A stretch of 20,000 nt of DNA from Catajapyx aquilonaris (taxonomy: Eukaryota), in the NCBI GenBank assembly GCA_000934665.2, contig JYFJ02001669.1, forward strand, positions 60,184 through 80,183, read 5' to 3'. Below the pieces are notes generated by a model. It did no database searches. It was given only the letters and a program-made list of their open reading frames with translations, and was not told the DNA's origin. Every line of letters begins with the position of its first letter. Position 1 is the first letter of the stretch. A program made the position numbers and the translations under genes. Of this stretch, positions 10,814 to 19,694 are shown piece after piece.

Positions 10814-11148
10814 TGGCCAGTATTAATTTCTTATGTTGTTAATTGAAATTAAAGCAATATGATTAATATGTGGCCAGTTTATTTATTTATTTCACAGCCC
10901 CTTGCTAGGTCAGTTGCCTGGCGTGAAAGCTAGATTGCCCGGAGTCATTTCTCGCGCATAGGAAAACACTGCATGCTGGAGCGAGGGTGGTTGTCCCATT
11001 TATCACTCACGTTGCAACAATTTTCCTGGTATATTTGGCAAAAAGGAGAAGGCAAAAGAAAATTGCTGATTATATTTGGGTACTACATAATTTACGGGTG
11101 AGCTATTTTAGTGGATCGTTCTCATTAATCAGTCTGCAGTAGTGTGCA

Positions 11149-11150
<2 letters not shown>

Positions 11151-11204
<54 letters not shown>
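11151..11204. repeat. (ATA)18 microsatellite, 3' tail of the adjacent minus-strand LINE
   Basis: Perfect trinucleotide run; on the minus strand it reads AATAAATG followed by (TAT)n. Confidence 0.9.
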
Positions 11205-11205
<1 letters not shown>

Positions 11206-11925
11206 ATTTATTTCTCATCCCCCCCCCCAAAAAAAAAATCAGAGCGGGGAGGGGGACTCACCATTATTATAATATAAATGTATGTATTAATATATGGAAA
11301 ATGCATTTATCATACATTACATCAAGGGGTCATAGTATTATGTCGGTCTTTTAACAGGAAGAGGTAACTGGTAATCGAAGTAACTTTCTCTTAGGTGGTC
11401 CGTTAATAAATACTTATAGCGGGCGTAGTTCTCTTTCGAATTAGAGCCACGAGTAATATCCTCAGTTATAGAAGATTGGATGAAAGGTTCTACAATATTC
11501 TCTAAATTAATTTTATCTAAGTTGTTGAACCAGGTATCAAGAGATAATCCTGTGTCAAGAAACATCTTCCTAACCGCTGCAATCCATTCCAATTTATTTG
11601 GTTTCTTCACTGCAATTGCTGCTTGGAAACAGACGAGTGAAATTAGCTCAGAAGGGTCTGCCAGCGCTATTTTCAGTAGAAAGCGGCATAGTGCCTTTAT
11701 CAATTTAACCGAGAGGGGTCTATGGCCGGTTTCCAACCAGAGAAAATAGCCAGCTGTGTTTCTAGGGAGCATACTTTTTTATATAGCAAGTCTGAACCTT
11801 TTCCAATTCTTCTAAATGGGGTAAGCCCCAAATATGTGCGTTGTATAGCGGAACTGGTGCAATTGTAGCATCTAATAGTCTAAACGCTGTGTTAAGATAT
11901 ATAAGCTCATCTAAACCATCCATTT
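11151..11925 (-). mobile_element. 5'-truncated non-LTR retrotransposon, ORF2 post-RT region and 3' end (RTE-X/L2/CR1-like)
   Basis: Minus-strand translation AFRLLDATIAPVPLYNAHIWG...LEKVQTCYIKK, then after a frameshift LPRNTAGYFLWLETGHRPL. This matches the LINE post-RT pattern LFD..V.P.L.YG..IWG...IE.V...F.K...T......ELG..P. Ends in AATAAA + (TAT)n. The clade is uncertain. Confidence 0.8.
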
Positions 11926-11929
11926 ATGC

Positions 11930-12306
11930 TCATCTCAACCGTACAGCCAATCAATCGACATTCACAAGGATTGCAGGGGTTTATCTCCAAGCCAAACATG
12001 GTCGTCAGGCTTGAGATCCTCACACTTTCTAGTTGCTCGGTTCAGTACGACAATTGCATATCAGCAATTGCTGCGAACTGCCCTCGTCTGACTCATCTCT
12101 GCTTGGAGAGAAGCGACGAGGTCACCAACGGCCCGCTCCTTGACCTGGTGAGGAGATGCCGCAACCTGAGGCACCTTGAGCTCAACAAGTGCAGCCAGCT
12201 GGACCGGAGCGCAGAGGCCCTGGGTCAGTTCCGGGCGGCGAGCACCGAGCTTGAAATATCCATCACGGAAAGAGTTTGTACGGTACAGAACAGTAATGGA
12301 CTATAA
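11930..12306 (+). pseudogene. F-box/LRR fragment D: 3' half of the LRR exon
   Basis: QGLQGFISKPNMVVRLEILTL...NCISAIAANCPRLTHLCL...LDLVRRCRNLRHLEL is homologous to the last exon of A-C. The 5' part is missing next to the LINE; the 5' boundary is approximate. Confidence 0.85.
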
Positions 12307-12442
12307 ATGTGCAGTCATGTGCTTCCCTAATTACTGAGAATGTAACTCCTATTATGCTAACCAAATATGAACTTACTGTTAGTGTCCCGATCATCAGACG
12401 CACTGTAGGTCTGTAGGAGCTCTAATTAGGGCCAGAAATTAA

Positions 12443-12871
12443 TTGGAAATCCGAAACTGCTTCCACTCAGCTGATGCTGCCCTGGACGGAATTGGGAAAC
12501 TGCACAACCTCCGCAGGTTGACCCTGGTAGAGCTCCACCTCTGCACTGCACAGGCTTTCCAAAGGTTTTTCTCCAAGCCAAATGTTGTGGGTAGCCTTGA
12601 GAAGCTCAGCCTTGTCTTTTGCCCAAAACTGGACGATGGTTGCATATTAACCATTGCCATGAACTGCCCTCTCTTGACTCATTTCTACTTGATAAGAAAC
12701 AACCATGTCACCAAAGCCCCGCTCCTTGACCTGGTGAGGCGATGCGGCAACCTCCAGCACCTCCTACTCAACAAGTGCAGGAAGCTGAACCTCAGAGCAG
12801 AGGCCCTGGGTCAGTTCCAGGCGGCCAGCAGCAAGCTTCAAATTCATACATCCCAGATTCCACCTGATTGA
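12443..12871 (+). pseudogene. F-box/LRR fragment E: 3' part of the LRR exon fused directly to the upstream-promoter module
   Basis: EIRNCFHSADAALDGIGKLHNLRRLTL...QAASSKLQI follows ctctaattagggccagaaatt immediately, with no exon 1 or F-box exon. A full 3' flank follows to 13547. Confidence 0.88.
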
Positions 12872-13559
12872 CGGACCACTCACAGTTACAACGTCACATC
12901 CTGAGAATTCCATGTTGCACACGAACAAAAAAAAAAAGTACAGTCCTTACGGTGGATGTAATCAGTTTGAAGTGAAACTCATTATCTGCAGAAATTTGAA
13001 ATGTGTAAGGAGGGTTGAGTTTTTACGAGATAATCTTAAGGGTAAAAGTTGTCCCTAATCTACTTTTTGAAACAATCAGTTTTCATGGCCAGTATTAATT
13101 TCTTCTCTTGTACTTTCCCAACGTACCGTTTGTCGCTTTGTTAAACTTGTGATTGCAATACTTTGCAGGATTGCAGTGCCTTATTTAATTGGCAATCACT
13201 GCCACACTGCGTGGTCTCTGTGATCACATGTTGAATGACCAGGGATAGTTTGTACACCGTATGTGCATTTGGCTGCATTGAAAATGTACTCCTGGAATTG
13301 AAATTAAAGCAATATGCGGTAATGATTGAAACTGATTAATATGTGGCCAGTTCCCTTTTATTTATTTATTTCTCAGCCCCTTGGTAGGTCAGTGCTCTTT
13401 TTGGGGGACACGAGACTCCAGTTTGTACACGAACAATCAAGTGCGAGCTTCATCAGGGAAAATGAATTAATGATGGTGCAGATCAAAATGGATCATAACA
13501 TGTCTGGCTTGAAAGGGAATTTTCAAACTGACGGCGCATGTAACTAGCTTGTTGTTAAG

Positions 13560-14825
13560 CCAGAAGCTGAAGAGAATGGTTGGGACACTGTGGAGACAAG
13601 GGCCATCAAGAGAAAGAGGGTGGACATGGGCAGGGGGTGGAGGAGAAGCCACGGAGAAAGGTGGAAAATAAAATGAAAATTTGTTGGTGTCATCTGTATG
13701 GATTTGGGGTGACTGCACCAGTGCTGACCATCATAGCCAATCATTTTGCATGGAACTGTCACATTAATTTCTACATCTGGACAGCGATTCCATATCGGCC
13801 ATTTCTTTTCCCTTCGATAAAGATTGTTAAGATGTGCTTTTTGAAACAATAATGTCCAGTATGAAGTTCTTATGTTGCATTTCCCAACATGTCATCGTGG
13901 ATGCAAAATAGTTGTCTATTTGGACCGTGATTGTGAACTTTGACCTCGGATGACACCGAGGCATGGTTGACAGCCTGGGTCATTTTGCTGCCCTCTTTTC
14001 CACTCCTGCTTCTCAGGTTGTTTTCAAAAATTGGACCATCCTCAAGTCCACACCTGTACTTCTCTAGGAAATAATTATTGAAGAGCTACGTAAGGGCAAT
14101 TACTTAGCAATAATGTATCCCGGCTCGCGTTTGTTTCATTCGTTTTTATAAAACACACTATTTAGCTCAGATTTACCTCATGATTCACAAAACCTGCACT
14201 TAAAATGATTACTCCTTTTTTACATACATACGCAATTTCTTGACAATTTCAGGCTCGAGTCACGACCTATGCCAGTCTGCCCGATGAGATGAAGGCAAAG
14301 GTGTTCTCGTACCTGAAGGAGAATACCCTCCGTACGAGTGTCGCACTGGTGTGCAAGGACTGGTGCAGGGTGGCCAAGGAGTGGCTGGGGCACAGGAAGA
14401 AGGCGACCTTGGACGGCCTGAAATTGACTCCAAAAGAATAGGTGTGTATGATCAAGAGAAGCTGCAGGGCCTATCTGAAATGGGTTACTTTGATGAACCA
14501 GAGTGTAGCAAATTCTAATTAGCTGATGAAAGTAGTAGTGAAGAATCTTCCTCATCTGAAGGGCCTCATTATTTATGATACTTTGGTGTCACAGAATATG
14601 CTGGAACTGATTGCACGAGAGCAAAAGTAACCGGTGAATTATTGGTGAACGTAGTGCCGTATGACTCATTTCTGCTTGGTGAGAAGCGACGAGGCCACGC
14701 TGGTGAGAAGATGCCGCAACCTCCGGCACCTTGAGCTCAACAGTTGCAGCAAGCTGGACCTGAGCGCAGAGGCCCTGGGTCAGTTCCAGGCGGCCAGCAG
14801 CACCCTCCAAATTTCAATCGTGTAA
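13560..14825 (+). pseudogene. F-box/LRR pseudogene F
   Basis: Exon 1 remnant ~13560-13660 has a 1-nt frameshift. The F-box exon 14253-14620 has in-frame TAG at 14439 and 14520 and an altered donor (GA|gcaaaag). A deletion joins the intron to the last ~54 codons of the LRR exon (~14662-14825). Confidence 0.88.
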
Positions 14826-15125
14826 TGAGTTTGTACCGTACAATCATGTGCTTTCATGTTGTGCTTCCCTAATTACTGAGAATATCACTCCTACTATGTT
14901 TACCGAATATTCACTTAGTGTCCCGATCATCTGACACCCTGTAGTAGCTCTAATTAGGGCCAGAAATAAGTTTGCGGCATCTTCTCACCAGCGTGGCCTC
15001 GTCGCTTCTCACCAAGCAGAAATGAGTCATAGGGCACTACGTTCACCAATAATTCACCGGTTACTTACTCTCGTGCAGTCAGTTCCAGCATATTCTGTGA
15101 CACCAAAGTATCATAAATAATGAGG
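14564..15125. repeat. Long inverted repeat: arms 14564-14719 and 14972-15125, spacer 252 nt
   Basis: 14972-15125 is the reverse complement of 14564-14719 with about three substitutions and one 2-nt indel. Confidence 0.93.
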
Positions 15126-15256
15126 TCATCGGGTGCATGAAGCTGGACCTGAGCGCAGAGGCCCTGGGTCAGTTCCAGGCGGCCAACAGCAAGCTTCAAA
15201 TTTATGCATCAACGTCATTCCACCAGGGTAGCGCATCCCTCAACGCCACATCCTAA
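15126..15256 (+). pseudogene. F-box/LRR fragment G: extreme 3' end, nearly identical to copy B
   Basis: IGCMKLDLSAEALGQFQAANSKLQIYASTSFHQGSASLNATS* matches the gene B C-terminus. A 3' flank follows to ~15658 and a 5'UTR piece at ~15718-15789. Confidence 0.85.
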
Positions 15257-15789
15257 GAATTCCATGTCACACATGAACAAACAAACAAAAGTATAGCCCT
15301 TATGGTGGATGTAATGAGTTTGAAGTGAAACTCATTATTTGTAGGAATTTGAAATGCGTAAGAGTGGTTGAGTTTTTACGAGATAATCTTAAGGGTAAAA
15401 GTTGTCACTAATCTACTTTTTGACGCAATCAGTTTTCGTGGCCAGTATTAGTTTCTTATGTTGTACTTTCCCTGATTCCCAACATACTGTTTGTCACTTC
15501 ATGTTAAACTTGTGCTTGCAATACTTTGCAGGATTGCAGTGCCTTATTTAATTGACAATCACTGCGATAGGTCTGAATCCACATGCTGAAAGACCAGCGA
15601 TAGTTTGTACACGGAATGAGCATTTGGCTGTATTGGAAATGTACGCCTTGAATTGAAAGACTATGGGAGAGGCTGAAAAAATTAAACATATCACAAAGGG
15701 GCTGAAGCCGGGTTTATTGGAACGCTTCGAATTTCTTGCTGTTCAGTTCTCTTTTTGTTGAGCTTCGGGTTGATTGTTGCGAGGCGTTA

Positions 15790-16296
15790 AGGCCCATTCA
15801 CACAGGCCGTCGACGGTTTTGGTTTTTGGTCTCGTCGGCGCTGCGGACCAATCAGAACGGGCCCTCACGTAAACAATGTTTTACCTTTCTTTTTCCAGTT
15901 TTTTTTTGTTTGTTTTTCTTGTTGTTTTTTAAGGACACCGATGGGGCTCACTCTGTCTGCCATCCAGACATGGTTCGAGACTCAATGTGTCTGGCAGATC
16001 CCCACAATTTTGTATTCGGCCAATTTGGTATGGCTCGATCTCGATCGATCTCGATGACAACCGCTTTCACCATTTATTACGTAATGACGGACTTGCACCG
16101 TTTGGGCCAGGTACGTGTATGACAAAGCGTGGCACAAAGCGTTACGGGTTTATGACAAAATATTTTTCCCCAGATGGACGACCAGGATGCTGATGGCGGA
16201 CCAGGTCTTGGAGACGACGATGACGGGGACGAGGAGGATGACGATGTGCCAATTGTACAGCATTGGCGGTATGTGCAATATCTCTGTGGTACATGA
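15790..16296 (+). mobile_element. PIF/Harbinger-like transposon remnant (left end plus degenerate spliced coding fragment)
   Basis: Homology to the F-box 5'UTR stops at gcgTTA and is followed by (A)GGCCCATTCACAC, a Harbinger-type terminus at a TTA/TAA site. Putative exons 15934-16110 and 16174-16296 encode LADPHNFVFGQFGMARS (resembling the Harbinger HTH motif LA....F.....FG.A.S) and an acidic tail. No right TIR found. Confidence 0.45.
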
Positions 16297-16392
16297 AGGG
16301 GTGGAGGTGGAAAGACTGATGCTGATTGAGGATTTGACGCAGATTGCCTCCAAAAAATATTACGATTAAAATTACGTAAGATTACGGTAAGA

Positions 16393-16443
<51 letters not shown>
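16393..16443. repeat. (TAT)17 microsatellite
   Basis: Perfect trinucleotide run; possibly a retroelement tail. Confidence 0.9.
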
Positions 16444-16444
<1 letters not shown>

Positions 16445-16623
16445 TCCACTGTTGTCTTCGTTATGGGGTCCGGGATATTTATTAAATAAATAAGGTGGCA
16501 AAAAAGCACATAAACAGTCAGGACATTACTTTTGGGGTTAAAAGTACATACTGTTTGTCACTTTTGTTAAACTTGTGATTGCAATACTTTGCATGATTGC
16601 AGTGCCTTATTTAATTGACATTC

Positions 16624-16655
16624 GGGCGACATGGTGGCCGAGTGGTTAGCGCCGC
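16624..16655 (+). mobile_element. Truncated 5' head of the same tRNA-derived SINE family
   Basis: GGGCGACATGGTGGCCGAGTGGTTAGCGCCGC aligns with GGCCGACACGGCGGCGGAGTGGTTAGCGCCGC at 1792-1823. Confidence 0.75.
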
Positions 16656-16775
16656 TCACAATACCTGTACTTTAAAAGAATATTACTTGTTTACATACAT
16701 GTGCAATTTCTTGACAATTGCAGGCTATAAGAGTCAAGACCTTTGCCAGCCTGCCCGATGAGATGAAGGCAAAGG
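16655..16775 (+). pseudogene. Stub of intron plus start of an F-box exon
   Basis: Matches the gene C intron ~9559-9623; acceptor at 16723, then AIRVKTFASLPDEMKAK before homology breaks. Confidence 0.85.
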
Positions 16776-17090
16776 GGAGGTTGGAAGGAAGAAGAAGGAT
16801 TGATGGAGACTGGAAGGATGGAGCGGATGGTGAGGGAGGATCAGGAGAAGGGAAGGACCACTGTGGATGAGACAAGGGCCATGAAGAGGAAGAGGATGGA
16901 CAGGCGGGTGGAGGAGAAGCCACGGAGGAAGGTGAAAAATAAAATGAAATCAAAACTTCCGTTGGTGTCATCTGTATGGCATTGGGGTGACCGCACCAGT
17001 TATGACCATCGGCCTTTTGCCTGGAACTTTCCGTACTTCTTGTTAATTGCAGGCTAGCAGCAGGACCAGCCTGCCTGATGAGATGAAGGC

Positions 17091-17890
17091 TCTGTTCCAG
17101 AGTCCTTTAGTAATTCTCCAGCAATGCCTTCAAATCTAGAGTCTAGACTATCCTCAGTCGATTCAGCACTTGCGAAGATTTCAGACCTTCTTAGAAAGCC
17201 CCACATTCAAAATTGGTATTTAGCAAATGCAGAGAGCAAAATTAATGAACTACGTTTGGGCCTTCAGGCTGTTGACAAACAATGCGAACAAGGATTGCTC
17301 TCCTCGGCGCCTCACTTGGAGCCAAAAGTCAAGTTTCATGGAAGGGAAAAGCTGAAACGGCAATCTTCCACTGCTGGAATTTACTGGACCTCTAAAAAGT
17401 ACACTGCAATTAGTCCTTTCACCAAGCCCACTGTAGAAATTACACAAATGTTACTGGAAAGTGCAAATGATAAATGTAGCATTCCTCAAGTAAAAGATTT
17501 TACTCCAAAACTGTGCGGTGCTGCTTCCGTTGAACAGAAAGCAATTGCTGTCCGTGGCATACTTACAAGTATGAAGCAGTTGAAGAGCCTTGAGCCCTGG
17601 TCAGATAAAAATTTACTTGCTCTTATCAAATTCGAAGAAGCTGATTTTAGAGTAGGATGGTTCTATGACTGCATATTAGAACCCTTTTTGAAACGACTGG
17701 AATCCACTTACACAAATACTCCAGTGGGAGATGCTAACATATTTTCTTAAAGATCCACGCAGTAAGGCCTTAAAAAGATTATTAGATGGCAGGAAACCAG
17801 AAAACATTGAACTCGTGTTGTTGCCTAGGTGTGTTAATAATAACCATTGGGTGTTGCTAGCAGCTCATGTGAAGGGAGATAGGAACATTT
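17091..17890 (+). mobile_element. Transposon-derived fragment encoding a truncated Ulp1/SENP-family (peptidase C48) domain, probably Mutator-like
   Basis: GWFYDCILEPFLKRL, then after a frameshift IELVLLPRCVNNNHWVLLAAHV, the Ulp1 WL.D.II..YL and P....HW.L motifs. It is cut before the catalytic Asp and Cys. The upstream EKLKRQ...TSKK...TKPT.E resembles animal MULE C-termini (inference). Intronless and AT-richer than the host genes. Confidence 0.7.
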
Positions 17891-18017
17891 ATTTTTTATT
17901 TTATTTTTTTATTTTTTACCCCGTGATAGAGCCAGTGGCTCTCTTAGGGGGGAAGGGGGTGGTTCCCTAGGGAGGGCGCTGTAATTTTTGAGTCATTTCT
18001 GACTTGTGAAAAGCACT
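17887..18017 (-). mobile_element. 3' end of a retroelement (short LINE end or SINE) with A-rich tail
   Basis: Minus strand reads CCCCTAAG AGAGCC ACT GGCTCT ATCACGGGGTA followed by (AAAAAT)n-like sequence, the same flanks as the SINE tail at 2009-2043. Confidence 0.75.
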
Positions 18018-19357
18018 GATCGGGAGACTGCACAACCTCCGTAGCTTGACCCTGCAATGCGCCTCCCGCTGCACTGCACAAGGTCTGCAGAGGTTTTTCT
18101 CCAATCCAATCGTGGTCGGCAGGCTTGAGAGACTCACACTTTCTCATTCCTCAACCCTGGACGACAATTGCATAGCAGCAGCCATTGCCATGAACTGCCC
18201 TCGTCTGACTCATTTCTGCTTGGTGAGAACCCACAAGGTCACCAACCTAGACCTGGTGAGGAGATGCCGCAACCTCCGGCACCTCCAACTCAAGTGGTGC
18301 AGGAAGCTGGACCGGAGCGCAGAGGCTCTGGATCAGTTCCAGGCAGTGAACAGCAAGCTTCAAATTAATGCATCTCCCTGATTCCACCTGGGTGACGCAT
18401 CACTCAACTTCACTTCCTAAGAATTCTATGTTGCACATGAACAAACAAAAAAAGTACAGCCCTTGTGGTGGATGTAATGAGTTTGAAGTGAAACTGATTA
18501 TCTGTAGGAACTTGAAATGTGTAAGGATGGTTGAGTTGTTACGAGATAATCTTAAGGTTAACAGTTGTCGCTAATCCACTCTTTTAAACGATCAGTTTTC
18601 ATGGCCATTGTTAATTTCTTATGTTGTACTTTTCCCAACGTAGTGTTTGTCACTTTTGTTATACTTGTGATTGCAATACTCTGCATGATTGCAGTGCCTT
18701 ATTTAATTAACTGCCATACTGCATGGTATCTGAATCCACATGCTGAAAGACCAGCGATAGTTTGTAGACGGAACGAGCGTTTGCCTGTGTTGGAAATGTA
18801 CGCCTGGAATGGAAATTAAAGCAATGTGCGGTAATGATTGAAAATGATTAATGTGCGGACAGTTCCCCTTTATTTGTTTATTTATTTCACAGCCCCTTGC
18901 TATAGGTCAATGACCTTTTTGGGGGACACTAGACTCCAGTTTGTACATGAACAATCAAGTGGGAGCTTCATCATGCCTGGCGTGAAAGTTTTCATCGCCA
19001 GTATGTTGTGTCTTCCCAACATACCGCTTGTCATTGCGTCAGTGGTTGCGGTCCCTTATTTCCTGACAATTGTTGCAGGAAGTATCTGAATCCAAATGTT
19101 GAAGGTTCAACAGTGGATGTGAATCGACGGGATTGACATACACCATGCAATGAATTGAAATTAAACCGACACAGCAGCATCATGTAATTAGCATGCCCAG
19201 CACAGTAACATGCCTATAAGAAAACCCGAAGAACATGATCCCCAAAATCTTGTGCAAATTAGGGGCCAGATTATCGCAATTAATTTTTCCCTAATCAATA
19301 TATCAGACGCCATCTTGGGTCCGTTCCTTTCTAATCATATTCGGACACAACCACATG

Positions 19358-19626
19358 CCCCCCGATGGTATCTCCACCTTATCGTGGTGGTGGGGGTTTG
19401 CGTTTCTCCCGTGACCCCAAGAGCTACGCCGGCGGTAGCTTCGTCTACTGGTAGGGCCACCCAAGCCGGACAGGTCTTTGGGATAGGAGACAGACTAAGA
19501 GAGATGCCAGTCTTTCCTCTCTTCTTTTTCCTCTTCGTTTCTCTCTCCATCTGTCCCACCTTTGCTTCTTCTTACAGCCAGATAGCCACAGTTGCTTTGG
19601 CTTCTTCCAAATAAACCAAACCAAAC
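19358..19626 (+). mobile_element. Non-autonomous bipartite LINE-derived retroelement, 269 bp
   Basis: 12-bp TSD CACAACCACATG at 19346-19357 and 19627-19638; the empty site is visible in the paralogous promoter at ~8655-8680. The 5' part CCACCTTATCGTGGTGG...GAGCTACGCC...GGTAGGGCCACCCAAGCCGGACAGGTC resembles the conserved 5'UTR of RTE-type LINEs (BovB/Expander). The 3' end is AATAAA + (AAACC)3. Confidence 0.82.
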
Positions 19627-19694
19627 CACAACCACATGGCGCGTCACTTCAAATCCGGATGCGGCCCATAATTATGATGCTAATGAAGTCAGGT

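Larger units (their letters stand above)
16803..18381 (+). pseudogene. F-box/LRR pseudogene H, with its middle replaced by transposon DNA
   Basis: Exon 1 16803-16931 (METGRMERMVRED...AMKRKR...EEKPRRK|gtgaaa), F-box exon start 17053-17090 (ASSRTSLPDEMKA) and LRR exon 3' part 18018-18381 (IGRLHNLRSLTL...LQINASP*). That both halves belong to one ancestral copy is an inference. Confidence 0.78.
2185..19694 (+). repeat. Tandem gene array: repeated promoter + F-box/LRR gene + 3' flank unit (~3 kb where intact)
   Basis: The same modules recur in order. Start codons of A and B are 3292 bp apart and B to C ~2850 bp; the upstream module at ~2185 matches ~5481. Beyond ~11900 the units are fragmented. 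Confidence 0.92.

Noticed and set aside
11142..11354. ORF with poly-isoleucine run
   Set aside because: Translation of the (ATA)18 LINE tail.
13895..14180. Possible second protease-like or transposon fragment (…WTVIVNFDLG*HRGMVDSLG…)
   Set aside because: Too short, interrupted by stops, and the similarity is too weak to call.
17053..17750. In-frame F-box-Ulp1 fusion protein
   Set aside because: The F-box frame stops at TAG near 17137; the Ulp1 ORF is in another frame, and the AG sites at 17100 and 17121 do not restore phase with exon 1.
19358..19510. HDV-like ribozyme in the LINE-derived 5' region
   Set aside because: Hairpins are visible, but I could not assemble the nested double pseudoknot by eye; a descriptor search would be needed.
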